A stretch of DNA of 64,000 nucleotides from Candidatus Hecatella orcuttiae (GTDB taxonomy: Archaea > Thermoproteota > Bathyarchaeia > Hecatellales > Hecatellaceae): positions 160,001 through 224,000 of the forward strand of contig MTLY02000003.1 of NCBI GenBank assembly GCA_002011035.2, written 5' to 3'. Of this stretch, positions 48,358 through 58,800 are shown in pieces (within the stretch, counting starts at the first letter, position 1; every line of letters starts with the position of its first letter). Below the pieces are notes generated by a model. It did not search any database and had not been told where the DNA came from. It was given only the letters and a program-made list of their open reading frames with translations. The position numbers and the translations under genes were made by a program.

Positions 48358-48911
48358 AAAGGTCTGGAAAATTTGTAACTCCCGGCGACAAGATCGGGTC
48401 CATCGAAGAATTCAAGCCTGGGAGAGGCACCTACGAGCATCGAGGAGCCATCTACTCTCAGATCACAGGGCACATCATGGTGGATAGGGATAAAAGGGAG
48501 GTCAATGTCTTCCAGAGAACTCGAACTCCGCCGGTGCCCAGAAAAGGCAACATCGTGGTGGGAGAGGTTCAACAAGTCCAAGACAAGATGGCGACCCTCC
48601 GCCTGTTTAAGGTGGGTAGAAGCGAGCTTAAGAAGCCCTTCACCGCCATCGTCCACGTGTCCCTAGCAACCCAAGGCTTTCTGAGGTCGATCTACGACGC
48701 CTTCAAGCCGGGGGACTTAGTGCGCGCTCAGGTGGTGGGGGATGAAAACCAGCCTTTCCAGTTGACCACGGTGGGAAGAGAGTTGGGGGTCATTCAGGCT
48801 TCCTGCAGCCGATGTGGAAAGCCTTTGCTCCTCAACCGAAAACAGCTGATCTGCCCGCAGTGTAGGGCTGTGGAGAAGAGAAAAATAAGTGAAAAATACG
48901 GGGAGCTTTAG
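48354..48911 (+). CDS. csl4: exosome complex RNA-binding protein Csl4 (start uncertain)
   Basis: The frame extends upstream of 48477 as KRSGKFVTPGDKIGSIEEFKPGRGTY; S1 domain and zinc ribbon CSRC...CPQC...EKRK; precedes rpoL. Confidence 0.88.
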   Translation: MKRSGKFVTPGDKIGSIEEFKPGRGTYEHRGAIYSQITGHIMVDRDKREVNVFQRTRTPPVPRKGNIVVGEVQQVQDKMATLRLFKVGRSELKKPFTAIVHVSLATQGFLRSIYDAFKPGDLVRAQVVGDENQPFQLTTVGRELGVIQASCSRCGKPLLLNRKQLICPQCRAVEKRKISEKYGEL

Positions 48912-48927
48912 CTCAGGCGAAACAGCC

Positions 48928-49227
48928 ATGAACGTGCTTATCTCTAAAAAAGGAAAGAACGAGTTGGAGTTTGAGCTTCAAGGAGAAACCCACACTCTGC
49001 TCAACCTGCTTCAGAAAACCCTCCTCAAAAATAAACGCGTCGAGTTCGCAGGGTATAGGATCCCCCACCGACTTGTGGACGCAGCTGTTTTCTACCTCAA
49101 AACCACCGGAAACCTAGAGCCGGTGGAAGCCTTGTCGGAGGCTGCTGAGGAAATCAAAAACGAAGCTGAAGAGTTTAGGAGAAAAATGGCGAAGGCCTTG
49201 GACGCCTTTGAACGGGGAAAAAGCTGA
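48928..49227 (+). CDS. rpoL: RNA polymerase subunit L (Rpo11)
   Basis: GETHTLLNLL and FAGYRIPH motifs. Confidence 0.93.
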   Translation: MNVLISKKGKNELEFELQGETHTLLNLLQKTLLKNKRVEFAGYRIPHRLVDAAVFYLKTTGNLEPVEALSEAAEEIKNEAEEFRRKMAKALDAFERGKS

Positions 49228-49231
49228 GGTT

Positions 49232-49777
49232 TCACCCCATTTCTTCGAGGACTTCCCGCGTGGACATCACCGAGGCTTTATAGAATTTTTTCAGATACTC
49301 CAACCCCGATCTATGGTCTTCTTCACTGAAGGCCTCCACCCCATCTTCTGGTATTATTATCTTGTAGCCTCGGAACATGGCGTCGGCGGCTGTGTGTTTC
49401 ACGCAGCAGTTGGTATGCAACCCCGTCAGGATGACTCTGTCCACCTTCAGCTCCCTCAGCAAAATGTCCAAGTCGGTTTCGAAGAAGCCGCTGTACCTTC
49501 TCTTTTCGATGACGAAATCTCCCTTTTGCGGTTTGAGCTCGTCGATGACCTCCGCTCCCTTGGTTCCCTTGACAGCGTGAGCGCCCCACACGTCGAACTC
49601 CGCGTCCACAGCAGGGAGGTGGGCGTCGTTGGCGTAGATGACTTTGACGCCTTTTTTCCTCGCAGCCCTTATCAGTTTCCTGATCTGCGGGATGATCCTC
49701 TGAGCCCGTGGGCATTTCAGAGCGCCCTTGACGAAGTCGTTCAACATGTCGATGACTATTAATGCTGCTTTGGCCAA
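49232..49777 (-). CDS. isochorismatase/nicotinamidase-family cysteine hydrolase
   Basis: IDMLNDF, D.H, H, KRRYSGF and G..TNCCV motifs. Confidence 0.9.
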   Translation of the reverse strand: MAKAALIVIDMLNDFVKGALKCPRAQRIIPQIRKLIRAARKKGVKVIYANDAHLPAVDAEFDVWGAHAVKGTKGAEVIDELKPQKGDFVIEKRRYSGFFETDLDILLRELKVDRVILTGLHTNCCVKHTAADAMFRGYKIIIPEDGVEAFSEEDHRSGLEYLKKFYKASVMSTREVLEEMG

Positions 49778-49934
49778 CCTGTTTCATCCTCCTATGTTGG
49801 AGTACAGTATCGACAACATGCCTGATTTATTTTTCCCTTCAGCCGAAGCCTTTCCAGCCATGTGGGCTTGGGCTGTGTTTATGTAGGTGGAGAAACAATC
49901 AGGATTTAATCCCTAGGAGAAGCTGGGTTGAAAG

Positions 49935-50627
49935 ATGGTGGAAAGACTTTCAGCGAGTAAAGCGGTCATCACCATCAGCGGCCTTCACGGAACGGGAAAG
50001 AGCACCTACGCCGAAGCTTTATCCAAAGACCTTGGGCTGAGGCACGTCTCAGCCGGAAGACTGTTTCGGCGGCTGGCTGAAGAGAAGGGGCTGAGCCTTC
50101 GAGACTTGACCTTCCAAGCTGTGAAGAGCAGGAAGATCGACAGCCTTGTGGATGCGGAGATCAAGAAGGAGGCTGAAAAAGGGGGGGTCGTCGTCGACGG
50201 TCTTCTTTCAGCTTGGATGGCTGGGGAAAACGCTTGGGTTAAGGTCTACCTCTACGCTTCCGACGAAGCGAGGTTCAAACGTATCGCTCGAAGGGATGGA
50301 GAAACCGTGGAGCAAGCTAGAAAATCAACCTTAGAGAGAGAGCGTGTTGAAAGGGCGCGCTACAAGAAGTTTTACGGCATAGACCTTGAAGACCTAACCG
50401 TCTACGACATTGTTTTGAACACGGAGCTTTTCCCCCTCAAGTCCAGCCTTAAATTATTAAGCAGCATAATAAAGGAGTACTTGAAATTCAAGTTGAAGGA
50501 GGCGGATGGCATTGTCTCTGCTGGAAGTAGGAAGAGTATGCATCAAAAAAACCGGAAGAGAAGCGGGAAAACAATGCGTGGTAGTGGACATCATCGACAA
50601 AAACTTCGTCCTCGTAACAGGACCTAA
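49935..50627 (+). CDS. cmk: cytidylate kinase
   Basis: ITISG..GTGKST, SAG.LFR, R..RI..R, RY.KFYGID and YD motifs; precedes rpl14e. Confidence 0.9.
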   Translation: MVERLSASKAVITISGLHGTGKSTYAEALSKDLGLRHVSAGRLFRRLAEEKGLSLRDLTFQAVKSRKIDSLVDAEIKKEAEKGGVVVDGLLSAWMAGENAWVKVYLYASDEARFKRIARRDGETVEQARKSTLERERVERARYKKFYGIDLEDLTVYDIVLNTELFPLKSSLKLLSSIIKEYLKFKLKEADGIVSAGSRKSMHQKNRKRSGKTMRGSGHHRQKLRPRNRT

Positions 50628-50853
50628 AGACCTAACAGGCGTTCGCAGAAGAAGAGCCAACATCGACCACTTAGAGCCAACGGAGCAGAAGATCCCCCTG
50701 AAAAGAGGGGCTGACGACGAAACCGTCATGAAGCTTTTGAAGAAAACCGTGGAAGAAGCAGCTCCCAAAAAGAGAAAGAAGCCCTCCAGAAAAAAGGCGA
50801 AGGCTGAAGCCCCGCCGGCCGTGGAGGCGCCTGAAGAGGCGAAGGCGGGATGA
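50506..50853 (+). CDS. rpl14e: 50S ribosomal protein L14e
   Basis: EVGRVCIK.TGREAG, NFVLVTGP and RRRANIDHLEP motifs. Confidence 0.96.
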   Translation: MALSLLEVGRVCIKKTGREAGKQCVVVDIIDKNFVLVTGPKDLTGVRRRRANIDHLEPTEQKIPLKRGADDETVMKLLKKTVEEAAPKKRKKPSRKKAKAEAPPAVEAPEEAKAG

Positions 50854-51859
50854 AGCGAACCCCCCTACCTTGGGAGCCTTCTAGGGAGCTCAAAGTCAAG
50901 GATGAAGCGACAACCGACAAAAAATACGGAAAACCCCCGGAAAAGAGGGAGCTGACGGAGCATCTGCGCTTCGGCTACGTCAACCTTGACAAGCCGCCTG
51001 GGCCCTCAAGCCATGAGGTAACAGCATGGGTGAAGAGGGTTTTGGGCGTAAAGCACGCCGGCCACGGCGGGACCCTTGAGGCGGATGCCGCCGGGGAAAT
51101 CCCGGTGTCACAGGCGTGCTTCCCATCGCCTTGGAGGAGGCTACCAAAACTCTCCAAGCCGTCTTGGCTGGGGGAAAGGAATACGTCGGCGTCATGAAGC
51201 TTCACGGCGAAGTGGTCTATGAGGACGTCATCAGAGCTTTTAAGGAGTTTCTAGGGGAAATCTTCCAGAAGCCCCCCCTCAAGGCCTCGGTTAAGCGAAG
51301 AGTCCGGGTTCGAACCGTCTACTACGCCCAAGTCCTTGAAGCGGAGGGAAGAACTTTCCTTTTCCAGCTGGGATGCCAAGCTGGAACCTACGTCAGAAAG
51401 ATCGTCCACGACCTCGGGGAGGTCCTAGGCTGCGGCGCCCACATGGTGGAACTGCGGAGAATCCGGGCAGGCCCCTACACAGAGGGAGCAACCCTCACCA
51501 AGCTTCAAGACCTAGCCGACGCCTACGCGGCTTGGAAGGAAGAAGGGGACGAGAGACTCCTCAGGGAGGTCATCCAGCCTGTGGAAAGCTCAGTGGCCCT
51601 ACTTCCCAAGGTCTACGTGAAAGACTCGGCGGTGGAGGCCCTCTGCCACGGAGCCCACCTGGCGGTGCCCGGGGTCTCCAAGCTGGACTCGGGCATTACC
51701 CCCCAAAGCCTCACCGCCATCCTCACCCTCAAAGGGGAGCTGGTGGCCTTGGGCAGAGCCCAGCTTTCCACCGACCAAATAATGGAAAGCAGCCGGGGGA
51801 TAGCCTTCAAGACGGAGAGGGTCATCATGCCGCCGGGAACCTACCCCAAGGCATGGTAG
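50850..51859 (+). CDS. cbf5: H/ACA pseudouridine synthase Cbf5, split by a 20-nt BHB intron (exons 50850-51078 and 51099-51859; 329 aa)
   Basis: Two tracked ORFs (DKPPGPSSHEV...GHGGTL and VLPIAL...GTYVRK...PUA domain) join to HGGTLDPGVTGVLP after removing 51079-51098. Confidence 0.93.
51079..51098 (+). other. archaeal bulge-helix-bulge pre-mRNA intron in cbf5
   Basis: Outer helix CGGGA/UCCCG, central helix CCCU/GGGG, bulges UG^A and AA^A, inner hairpin GGCGG-AUG-CCGCC. Confidence 0.92.
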
Positions 51860-51871
51860 GCTAAGAGCTGG

Positions 51872-51883
51872 GAAAGCTTAAAA
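51872..51883 (+). promoter_or_regulatory. BRE/TATA promoter of tRNA-Ser
   Basis: GAAAGCTTAAAA about 35 nt upstream of the tRNA. Confidence 0.55.
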
Positions 51884-51917
51884 CCCTCGGAAACATCATT
51901 TCCCTTCGACTTCCCCC

Positions 51918-52029
51918 GCCGGAGTCGCCTAGCGGTATGGCGCAGGCCTGGAGCCCCCTCTGAGGCTTCTGAAGCCTGAAAGCCTGTGGGCCTTCTGGGC
52001 CCCCGGGGGTTCGAATCCCCCCTCCGGCG
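51918..52029 (+). tRNA. tRNA-Ser(GGA) with 27-nt intron (51954-51980) at 37/38
   Basis: GCCGGAG/CTCCGGC acceptor stem, G73, CAGGC CT GGA G [intron] A GCCTG, long variable arm GGGCC..GGCCC, GGTTCGAATCC. Confidence 0.9.
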
Positions 52030-52161
52030 TCAGAATTGAGGCTGGAACTTGTTGCGGGTAAGCCGCTTAATCGCCCAGTTGAATGACCCCCTTGCGAGGG
52101 GCAGAAAAAGAGTGGGAAATGATGCTACCTTTACCCACACAGGCTTTCAGTTTGAGGCCAT

Positions 52162-52174
52162 AAAAGTTTATTAA
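52162..52174 (+). promoter_or_regulatory. BRE/TATA candidate for the rpo operon
   Basis: AAAAGTTTATTAA upstream of rpoH; implies a 5' UTR of roughly 70 nt. Confidence 0.45.
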
Positions 52175-52267
52175 TGCCGCGGCTGGCTTCTAACTGTGCT
52201 TGTTGACCTATCTCATAGGGCAGAGGTTACTTTTTAGAGAGCAGGCTGGGGAGAGGATTTAATATTT

Positions 52268-52525
52268 ATGTCTAAAAAAGATGAAGGAGAATTCAACATC
52301 TTCAACCACGAACTCGTCCCTAAGCATATTCTCCTCTCCAAGGAGGAAGCCCGCGAGGTCCTGGACCGCTATAAGATCATGCCCTACCAACTTCCCAAGA
52401 TTAAGGAGTCAGACCCTGTGGCTAGGGCTTTAAATGCAAAGCATGGGGACATTCTCAAAATCTTGAGGGAAGGCGGGCCGGCAGGCGCGGCGGTATACTA
52501 CAGATACGTCATCAAGGAGAGGTGA
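52268..52525 (+). CDS. rpoH: RNA polymerase subunit H (Rpo5)
   Basis: HELVPKH, QLPKI..SDP and YYRYV motifs. Confidence 0.96.
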   Translation: MSKKDEGEFNIFNHELVPKHILLSKEEAREVLDRYKIMPYQLPKIKESDPVARALNAKHGDILKILREGGPAGAAVYYRYVIKER

Positions 52526-52531
52526 AGGATT

Positions 52532-55500
52532 TTGGCTGTCTCCCAGAATGAAAGATACTTGCTGGTGGAAGGCTTCCTCAAACAGGAGGGACTGGTGAAG
52601 CAACATCTAAACTCCTACAACTCCTTCATAAACCGAGGTATTCAGGAGATCATCGACGAGGTTGGCGGCATCGACATTGAAGCTGAACACCGGTACAGGA
52701 TCAGGTTTGGGAAAATTGAGATTCGAAGGCCTAGAATTGTTGAGGTCGACGGCTCCGACCATGAGATCTACCCCTTAGAGGCGAGGATTCGAAATCTCTC
52801 CTATACAGCGCCCGCATACTTGGAGGTTTGGATAGAAAAGGATGGGAAGAAAAGCGTATCCTTAGACCCCGTCTACATCGGCGACCTCCCTATCATGGTG
52901 AAGTCGGAAAAATGCCACCTCTCCGAGATGAGCGAAGATGAGCTTATCTCCATCGGCGAAGACCCTAAGGACCCTGGGGGCTACTTCATCATCAACGGCT
53001 CTGAGAGGGTTATTGTCGCCCTCGAAGACCTAGCCCCCAACAGGATAATCGTCGACTACGAGGAAACTGGGACTACCGCAACCTACAGGGCTAAGATCTT
53101 CTCCACCACCGTCGGCTTCAAGGCGAGAATTGAAGTGAAGATGAGGGCGGATAAGTCCATGCACGTCTCCATCCCCGGAGTCGTCGTGGACATACCCTTC
53201 GTCGTCCTGATGAAGGCCCTAGGACTTGAGGCGGACAAGGACATCGTCGAAGCCGTCTCCCTGAAAAGGGAAGTCCAAGAGCTACTGGAGCCTTCCTTCG
53301 AAAAATCGGAGGGTATCATCAAAACCAGAGACGCCATCCTCTACATTGGAAACAGGATAGCCTTCGGCTACGCGGAGGATTACCGGATTCGAAGGGCTGA
53401 GCAGGTTATCGACAGAAACTTTCTCCCCCATCTCGGAAGAAACCCGGAAAACCGCATCGAGAAAGCCTACTTTTTGGCTGAAGTAGCCAACCGAATGATT
53501 GAGCTGAGGTTGGGGCTGAGGAAACCGGATGATAAAGACCACTACGCCAACAAGCGGCTTAGGTTGGCTGGGGAGCTGCTCGCCGACCTGTTCAGGGTTA
53601 CTTTCCGAAATCTCTGCAGGGATATGAAGTACCAGCTGGAGAGGACCAGCCTGAACCGTGTGGGCGCCGTGGGCGCCATCAACGCCGCCGTCAGACCCGG
53701 CATCATAACCGAGAGAATTCAGCATGCCTTGGCCACTGGAAACTGGGGGAGGGGAAAGGTTGGCATAACTCAGCTTCTCGACCGCACCAATTACATTTCA
53801 ACCCTGAGCCATCTTCGACGCCTTCAATCACCTCTAAGCCGAAGTCAGCCTAACTTTGAGGCTCGAGACCTTCACTCAACCCACTGGGGTAGGCTGTGCC
53901 CCAACGAGACCCCTGAAGGGTCTAACTGCGGGCTTGTGAAAAACATAGCCCTCTCAGTTTCCATTTCCGTAGGGGAGCCGCTGGAGAGAGTTAAGGAAAT
54001 TCTCGAATCCTTGGGGATGGTAGACTCAACCAAGGCTGATGAAGAGCTGAAGTCTAGGGGCGCCAAAGTTTTCGTGGACGGCCGTCTGGGATATGTCGAA
54101 GACCCCGTCGGCTTTGTTCAAAAGCTCAGAGAAATGCGGAGGAAAGGGGAGATCAGCCGGGAGATCAACGTAGCCCTCTACGAGTATACCTCCGAAGCCG
54201 GAGTCCTCCGGGAGGTTTATGTTTGCTGTGATGCAGGGAGGGTGAGAAGGCCGCTCATCATCGTGGAGGACGGAAAAGCCAAGGTTACACCCGAAGACTT
54301 GGAGAAGCTGAGGAAGGGTGAGACAGGCTGGGACTATTTCCTGGAGAAAGGCCTCATCGAGTACTTGGACGCTGAGGAGGAGGAAAACGCCTACATAGCC
54401 ATGGAGCCTGAGGACTTAACCCCTGAGCATACGCATCTGGAGATAGCTCCCAACACCATACTGGGCATATGCGCCTCCATCATCCCCTACCCAGAGCACA
54501 ACCAGTCGCCTCGAAACACCTACGAGGCCGCCATGGTTAAACAAGCTTTGGGAATATACGCTTCTAACTATTTCCTGCGGACGGAGTCTCGTTCTCACCT
54601 CCTCCACTATCCTCAAGTCCCCTTGGTTAAAACTGACCTCATGCGGATGATAGAATACGACAAAAGGCCTTCTGGCCAAAACTGCGTGGTAGCCGTTCTT
54701 TCCTATGAAGGCTACAACATGGAGGACGCTTTGGTCTTCAACAAGTCCTCGGTGGAAAGAGGGCTGGGCCGCTCCACGTTCTACCGCATCTACGACGCTG
54801 AGTCCAAGCAGTATCTGGGAGGTGAAAGAGACCGGTTTGAAACACCTGAGCCTGGAACCATAGGCTTCCGGGGGGAACATTATTACAGGTTCCTAGAACC
54901 CGACGGCATGATAAGCGTTGAAACCGAGGTCTCCGGCTCCGACGTGCTGGTCGGCAGAACAAGTCCTCCCAGGTTTTTGGAGGAATACAAGGAGTTCGAG
55001 GTCAGAGGCCCCACTCGAAGGGACACGTCCATCAGCATGAGGCCTTCTGAGAAAGGCGTGGTGGACGCTGTCCTGCTCACAGAGACATCCCAAGGGAACA
55101 AGATAGCCAAGGTGAGGGTCAGGGACATCAGGGAGGCTGAGCTTGGCGACAAGTTTGCCTCCCGCCACGGGCAGAAGGGGGTCATCGGAATGCTGGTTCC
55201 CCAAGAGGATATGCCCTTCACCGAAGACGGCATCGTTCCCGACATCATCATCAACCCCCACGCGTTTCCCTCCCGGATGACCATAGGCCAGTTTGCGGAG
55301 GCCATGGCGGGTAAGGTAGCAGCCATCCTAGGAAGACCTGTAAACGGGACGCCTTTCTCCAACGAGAAGATTTCGGACCTGAGACAATATTTGAAGAAGT
55401 TGGGCTTCCAGCATGGAGGCAGGGAAACCTTCTACAACGGAGTGACCGGTGAGAAGTTCAGGGCTGACATCTACGTGGGCATCGTCTACTACCAGAAACT

Positions 55501-55882
55501 CCATCACATGGTCGCGGATAAAATGCACGCGAGGGCGCGGGGGCAGGTTCAGATGCTGACCCGGCAGCCGACGGAGGGTCGAGCCCGAGGGGGAGGGTTG
55601 AGGTTTGGAGAGATGGAACGAGACTGCCTCATAGGCCACGGGGCTGCCATCCTGCTGAAGAACAGACTGCTGGATGAGTCTGACAAGTATACCATATATG
55701 TCTGCGAGAAATGCGGGTACATCGCCTACTATGACGCTCGGCAGCGAAAATACGTCTGTAACATTTGCGGGGAAGACGCTGTTGTTTCCGCTGTGACCAT
55801 ATCCTACGCGTTTAAGCTGCTGCTTCAAGAACTGATGAGCCTTTGCATCGCGCCTAAACTGATCTTGGAGGAGAGGACGTGA
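52532..55882 (+). CDS. rpoB: RNA polymerase subunit B (Rpo2, unsplit)
   Basis: GGYFIINGSERV, CPNETPEG, GYNMED, GDKFASRHGQKG and GGLRFGEMERD motifs. Confidence 0.98.
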   Translation: MAVSQNERYLLVEGFLKQEGLVKQHLNSYNSFINRGIQEIIDEVGGIDIEAEHRYRIRFGKIEIRRPRIVEVDGSDHEIYPLEARIRNLSYTAPAYLEVWIEKDGKKSVSLDPVYIGDLPIMVKSEKCHLSEMSEDELISIGEDPKDPGGYFIINGSERVIVALEDLAPNRIIVDYEETGTTATYRAKIFSTTVGFKARIEVKMRADKSMHVSIPGVVVDIPFVVLMKALGLEADKDIVEAVSLKREVQELLEPSFEKSEGIIKTRDAILYIGNRIAFGYAEDYRIRRAEQVIDRNFLPHLGRNPENRIEKAYFLAEVANRMIELRLGLRKPDDKDHYANKRLRLAGELLADLFRVTFRNLCRDMKYQLERTSLNRVGAVGAINAAVRPGIITERIQHALATGNWGRGKVGITQLLDRTNYISTLSHLRRLQSPLSRSQPNFEARDLHSTHWGRLCPNETPEGSNCGLVKNIALSVSISVGEPLERVKEILESLGMVDSTKADEELKSRGAKVFVDGRLGYVEDPVGFVQKLREMRRKGEISREINVALYEYTSEAGVLREVYVCCDAGRVRRPLIIVEDGKAKVTPEDLEKLRKGETGWDYFLEKGLIEYLDAEEEENAYIAMEPEDLTPEHTHLEIAPNTILGICASIIPYPEHNQSPRNTYEAAMVKQALGIYASNYFLRTESRSHLLHYPQVPLVKTDLMRMIEYDKRPSGQNCVVAVLSYEGYNMEDALVFNKSSVERGLGRSTFYRIYDAESKQYLGGERDRFETPEPGTIGFRGEHYYRFLEPDGMISVETEVSGSDVLVGRTSPPRFLEEYKEFEVRGPTRRDTSISMRPSEKGVVDAVLLTETSQGNKIAKVRVRDIREAELGDKFASRHGQKGVIGMLVPQEDMPFTEDGIVPDIIINPHAFPSRMTIGQFAEAMAGKVAAILGRPVNGTPFSNEKISDLRQYLKKLGFQHGGRETFYNGVTGEKFRADIYVGIVYYQKLHHMVADKMHARARGQVQMLTRQPTEGRARGGGLRFGEMERDCLIGHGAAILLKNRLLDESDKYTIYVCEKCGYIAYYDARQRKYVCNICGEDAVVSAVTISYAFKLLLQELMSLCIAPKLILEERT

Positions 55883-55883
55883 A

Positions 55884-58800
55884 ATGTCGGCGGCGGGAGT
55901 TTTCGAGGAAGCCACCAAGGCCATCAAGAAGATAAAATTCAGCATTCTATCCCCCCAAGAGATCAGAAAATACTCCGTGGTGGAGATCAGGGAAGCTGAC
56001 ACCTACGACGAAGACGGCGCGCCCATCGCCTCAGGCCTAATGGACGAAAGGCTGGGAACCCTTGAACCTAGAACCCGGTGTAAAACGTGCGGAAACACCG
56101 CGGCCCGATGCCCCGGCCACTACGGCCACATCGAGCTGGCTACGCCGGTCATCCACGTGGGCTTCATAAAGTACATTCACGAGCTTCTCAACGTTTTCTG
56201 CAGGGAATGCGGAAGAATTCTTCTCCCTCCGGATAAAATTGAAGCCTACGTAGCTAAGATCGAGAATGCTAAGAGGGAGACCGGAACCGATCCGGTTCAC
56301 GTCTACGAGGCTGTGAAGCATGAGGCTAGGAAGAGTAACCGCTGCCCCCACTGCATGAAGAAGCCCATGTTCGTCGAATTTTCGAAACCCACCAACTTTT
56401 TTGAGCATACCGAAGAGGGTCCTAAGCCCTTAGACCCTTCCAGCATCCGGGCTCGCCTTGAACTGATCCATGAAGAGGACCTGAAGCTACTGGGCTACGA
56501 CCCGTCCTCCTTCAGGCCTGAATGGATGATTCTGCAGGTTCTCCCCGTCCCTCCGGTGAGCGCCAGGCCTTCCATCATGCTGGAGTCAGGGATCAGGTCG
56601 GAGGACGACCTAACCCACAAGCTGGTGGACATCATCCGCATCAACAGGAGGCTGGACGAATATGCCTCCGAAGGCGGTGCCCCGCCTCTCATCTTCCATG
56701 AACTTTCAGACTTACTTCAATACCATGTGACCACCTATCTGGACAACGAAACCTCCGGTATCCCCCCAGCGCGGCATCGGTCCGGCCGGGCGTTGAGGAC
56801 ACTGTCTCAGCGGCTTAAGGGGAAGGAGGGGAGGTTCCGAAGCAACCTCTCGGGGAAGAGGGTGGACTTTTCCGCTAGGACGGTTATTTCGCCGGATCCC
56901 AACCTCGCCATCAACGAGGTGGGAGTGCCCTTAGATATTGCCATGAGGCTTACCTACCCTGAAGTGGTCACAGAATGGAACTTAGAGGAAATGCGGAAGC
57001 TGGTCACCAACGGCCCGTCGACCTATCCTGGGGCGCTGTACGTCATCAGGCCTGATGGTAAAAGAATTAGGCTGGAGTTTGTAGCCGACCGGTCTAAGAT
57101 AGCCGAAACCCTGCTGCCTCTCTTCATCGTGGAGAGGCATCTCAAGGACGGCGACGTGGTGATCTTCAACCGACAGCCCTCCCTCCACCGGATGTCCATG
57201 ATGGCCCATAGGGTCAAGGTGCTTCCATACAAGACTTTCAGGCTTCACCTCTGCGTCTGCCCGCCTTACAACGCGGACTTTGACGGGGATGAGATGAACC
57301 TGCATGTTCCTCAGACAGAGGAGGCGGTGACAGAGGCTCTTGTCCTCATGCAGGTTCAGGATCAGATTCTCTCCCCCCGCTACGGCGGCCCCCTGATAGG
57401 AGCGATAAGGGACTTTATCACAGGCGCCTATCTTCTGACAAGAAAATCCACTTACCTCAAAAAGAGTGAGGTCTGCAGCTTGCTGGCTTCCATAGGCTAC
57501 AGTGGGCCGCTTCCAGAGCCTGCGGTGACGAAGCCTGAGCCTCTCTGGTCTGGTAAGGATATCTTCAGTCTCCTTCTCCCCAAGGAACTGGACTACGTCA
57601 TGAAGTCTAACATCTGCCAGAACTGCCCTGAATGCGATGAGGAGGATTGCAAGAACGACGCCTATGTGGTGGTGAAGAACGGAAGGCTGCTCATGGGCGT
57701 CATTGACAGGAATGCTGTGGGGGCTGAAAAGTCGGAGAGCATTCTTCACAGGGTTGTGAAGGAATACGGCTCAGAGGCTGCCAAGGACTTTCTCAACGCC
57801 CTTTGCAGGATGGTGAACACCTATATTGCCATCGAAGGCTTCTCCTACTCTCTCGACGAGTTGGACATCTCCGAGGAGGTCAGAGAAAAGATAGCGGCTA
57901 GGGCTAGGGAAGCCAAAAAGCGCATAGACGAGCTGACGGAGCAGTTTAGAAAGGGCACCCTCACCCGGCTGCCGGGTCAAAGCCTCGAGGATTCCTTCGA
58001 AATTTACGCCATGAACGAGCTGGCCAAAGCTAGGGATGACGCTGCGAAGCTGGCTGACAAATACTTCGGCATGGACAACCGGGGCAGCATGATGACTCGG
58101 TCAGGGGCCAGAGGTTCCAGCTTGAACATCGGCCAGATGACCGCCTGCGTAGGTCAGCAGTCGGTTAGAGGGAAGAGGATCATCCGAGGGTACAAGGATC
58201 GGGCGCTAACCCACTTCAAACCCGGAGACCCAAGCCCCGAGGCCCGGGGATTCGTCTACTCCTCTTACCGGGATGGGCTTTCACCCTCCGAGTTCTTCTT
58301 CCACGCCATGGGAGGAAGAGAAGGCTTGGTGGACACGGCTGTCCGAACCCAGCAGAGCGGGTACATGCAGCGGAGGCTCATCAACGCCCTTCAGGACATA
58401 AGGGTAGAGTATGACGGAACAGTTCGAATGGCCACCGGCGAGGTGACCCAGTTCAGCTACGGTGAAGACAGCGTCGACCCTGCGAAGAGCGACCATGGGA
58501 AAGCGGTGAACATCGAAAGGCTTATTGAAAGGATTAAACTGACCCATGGGAAGGGAAAGCCTGCTGGCGAAAAATACGTGGAGTCCAAAGTTGAGTCTGT
58601 TAAGTCGGAGTTGACCCCTCTGCTGGTGGAGGAGCTGCGGAAAAACCTTCTTAAGGCTAAGTTGAACAAGGCGGGAGTAGATTACGCTGTGGAGACCACC
58701 GTTAACAGCTACAAGAAAGCGAAGATCGAACCCGGGGAATCCAGCGGGATCATCGCCGCCCAGTCCATAGGGGAGCCCGGAACCCAGATGACTTTGAGGA

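Noticed and set aside
50850-51859. cbf5 as a frameshifted pseudogene
   Set aside because: A canonical BHB intron restores the frame and the catalytic Asp.
52030-52267. C/D box sRNA or other ncRNA between tRNA-Ser and rpoH
   Set aside because: Only short hairpins and a partial ATGATG; no convincing C/D box pair.
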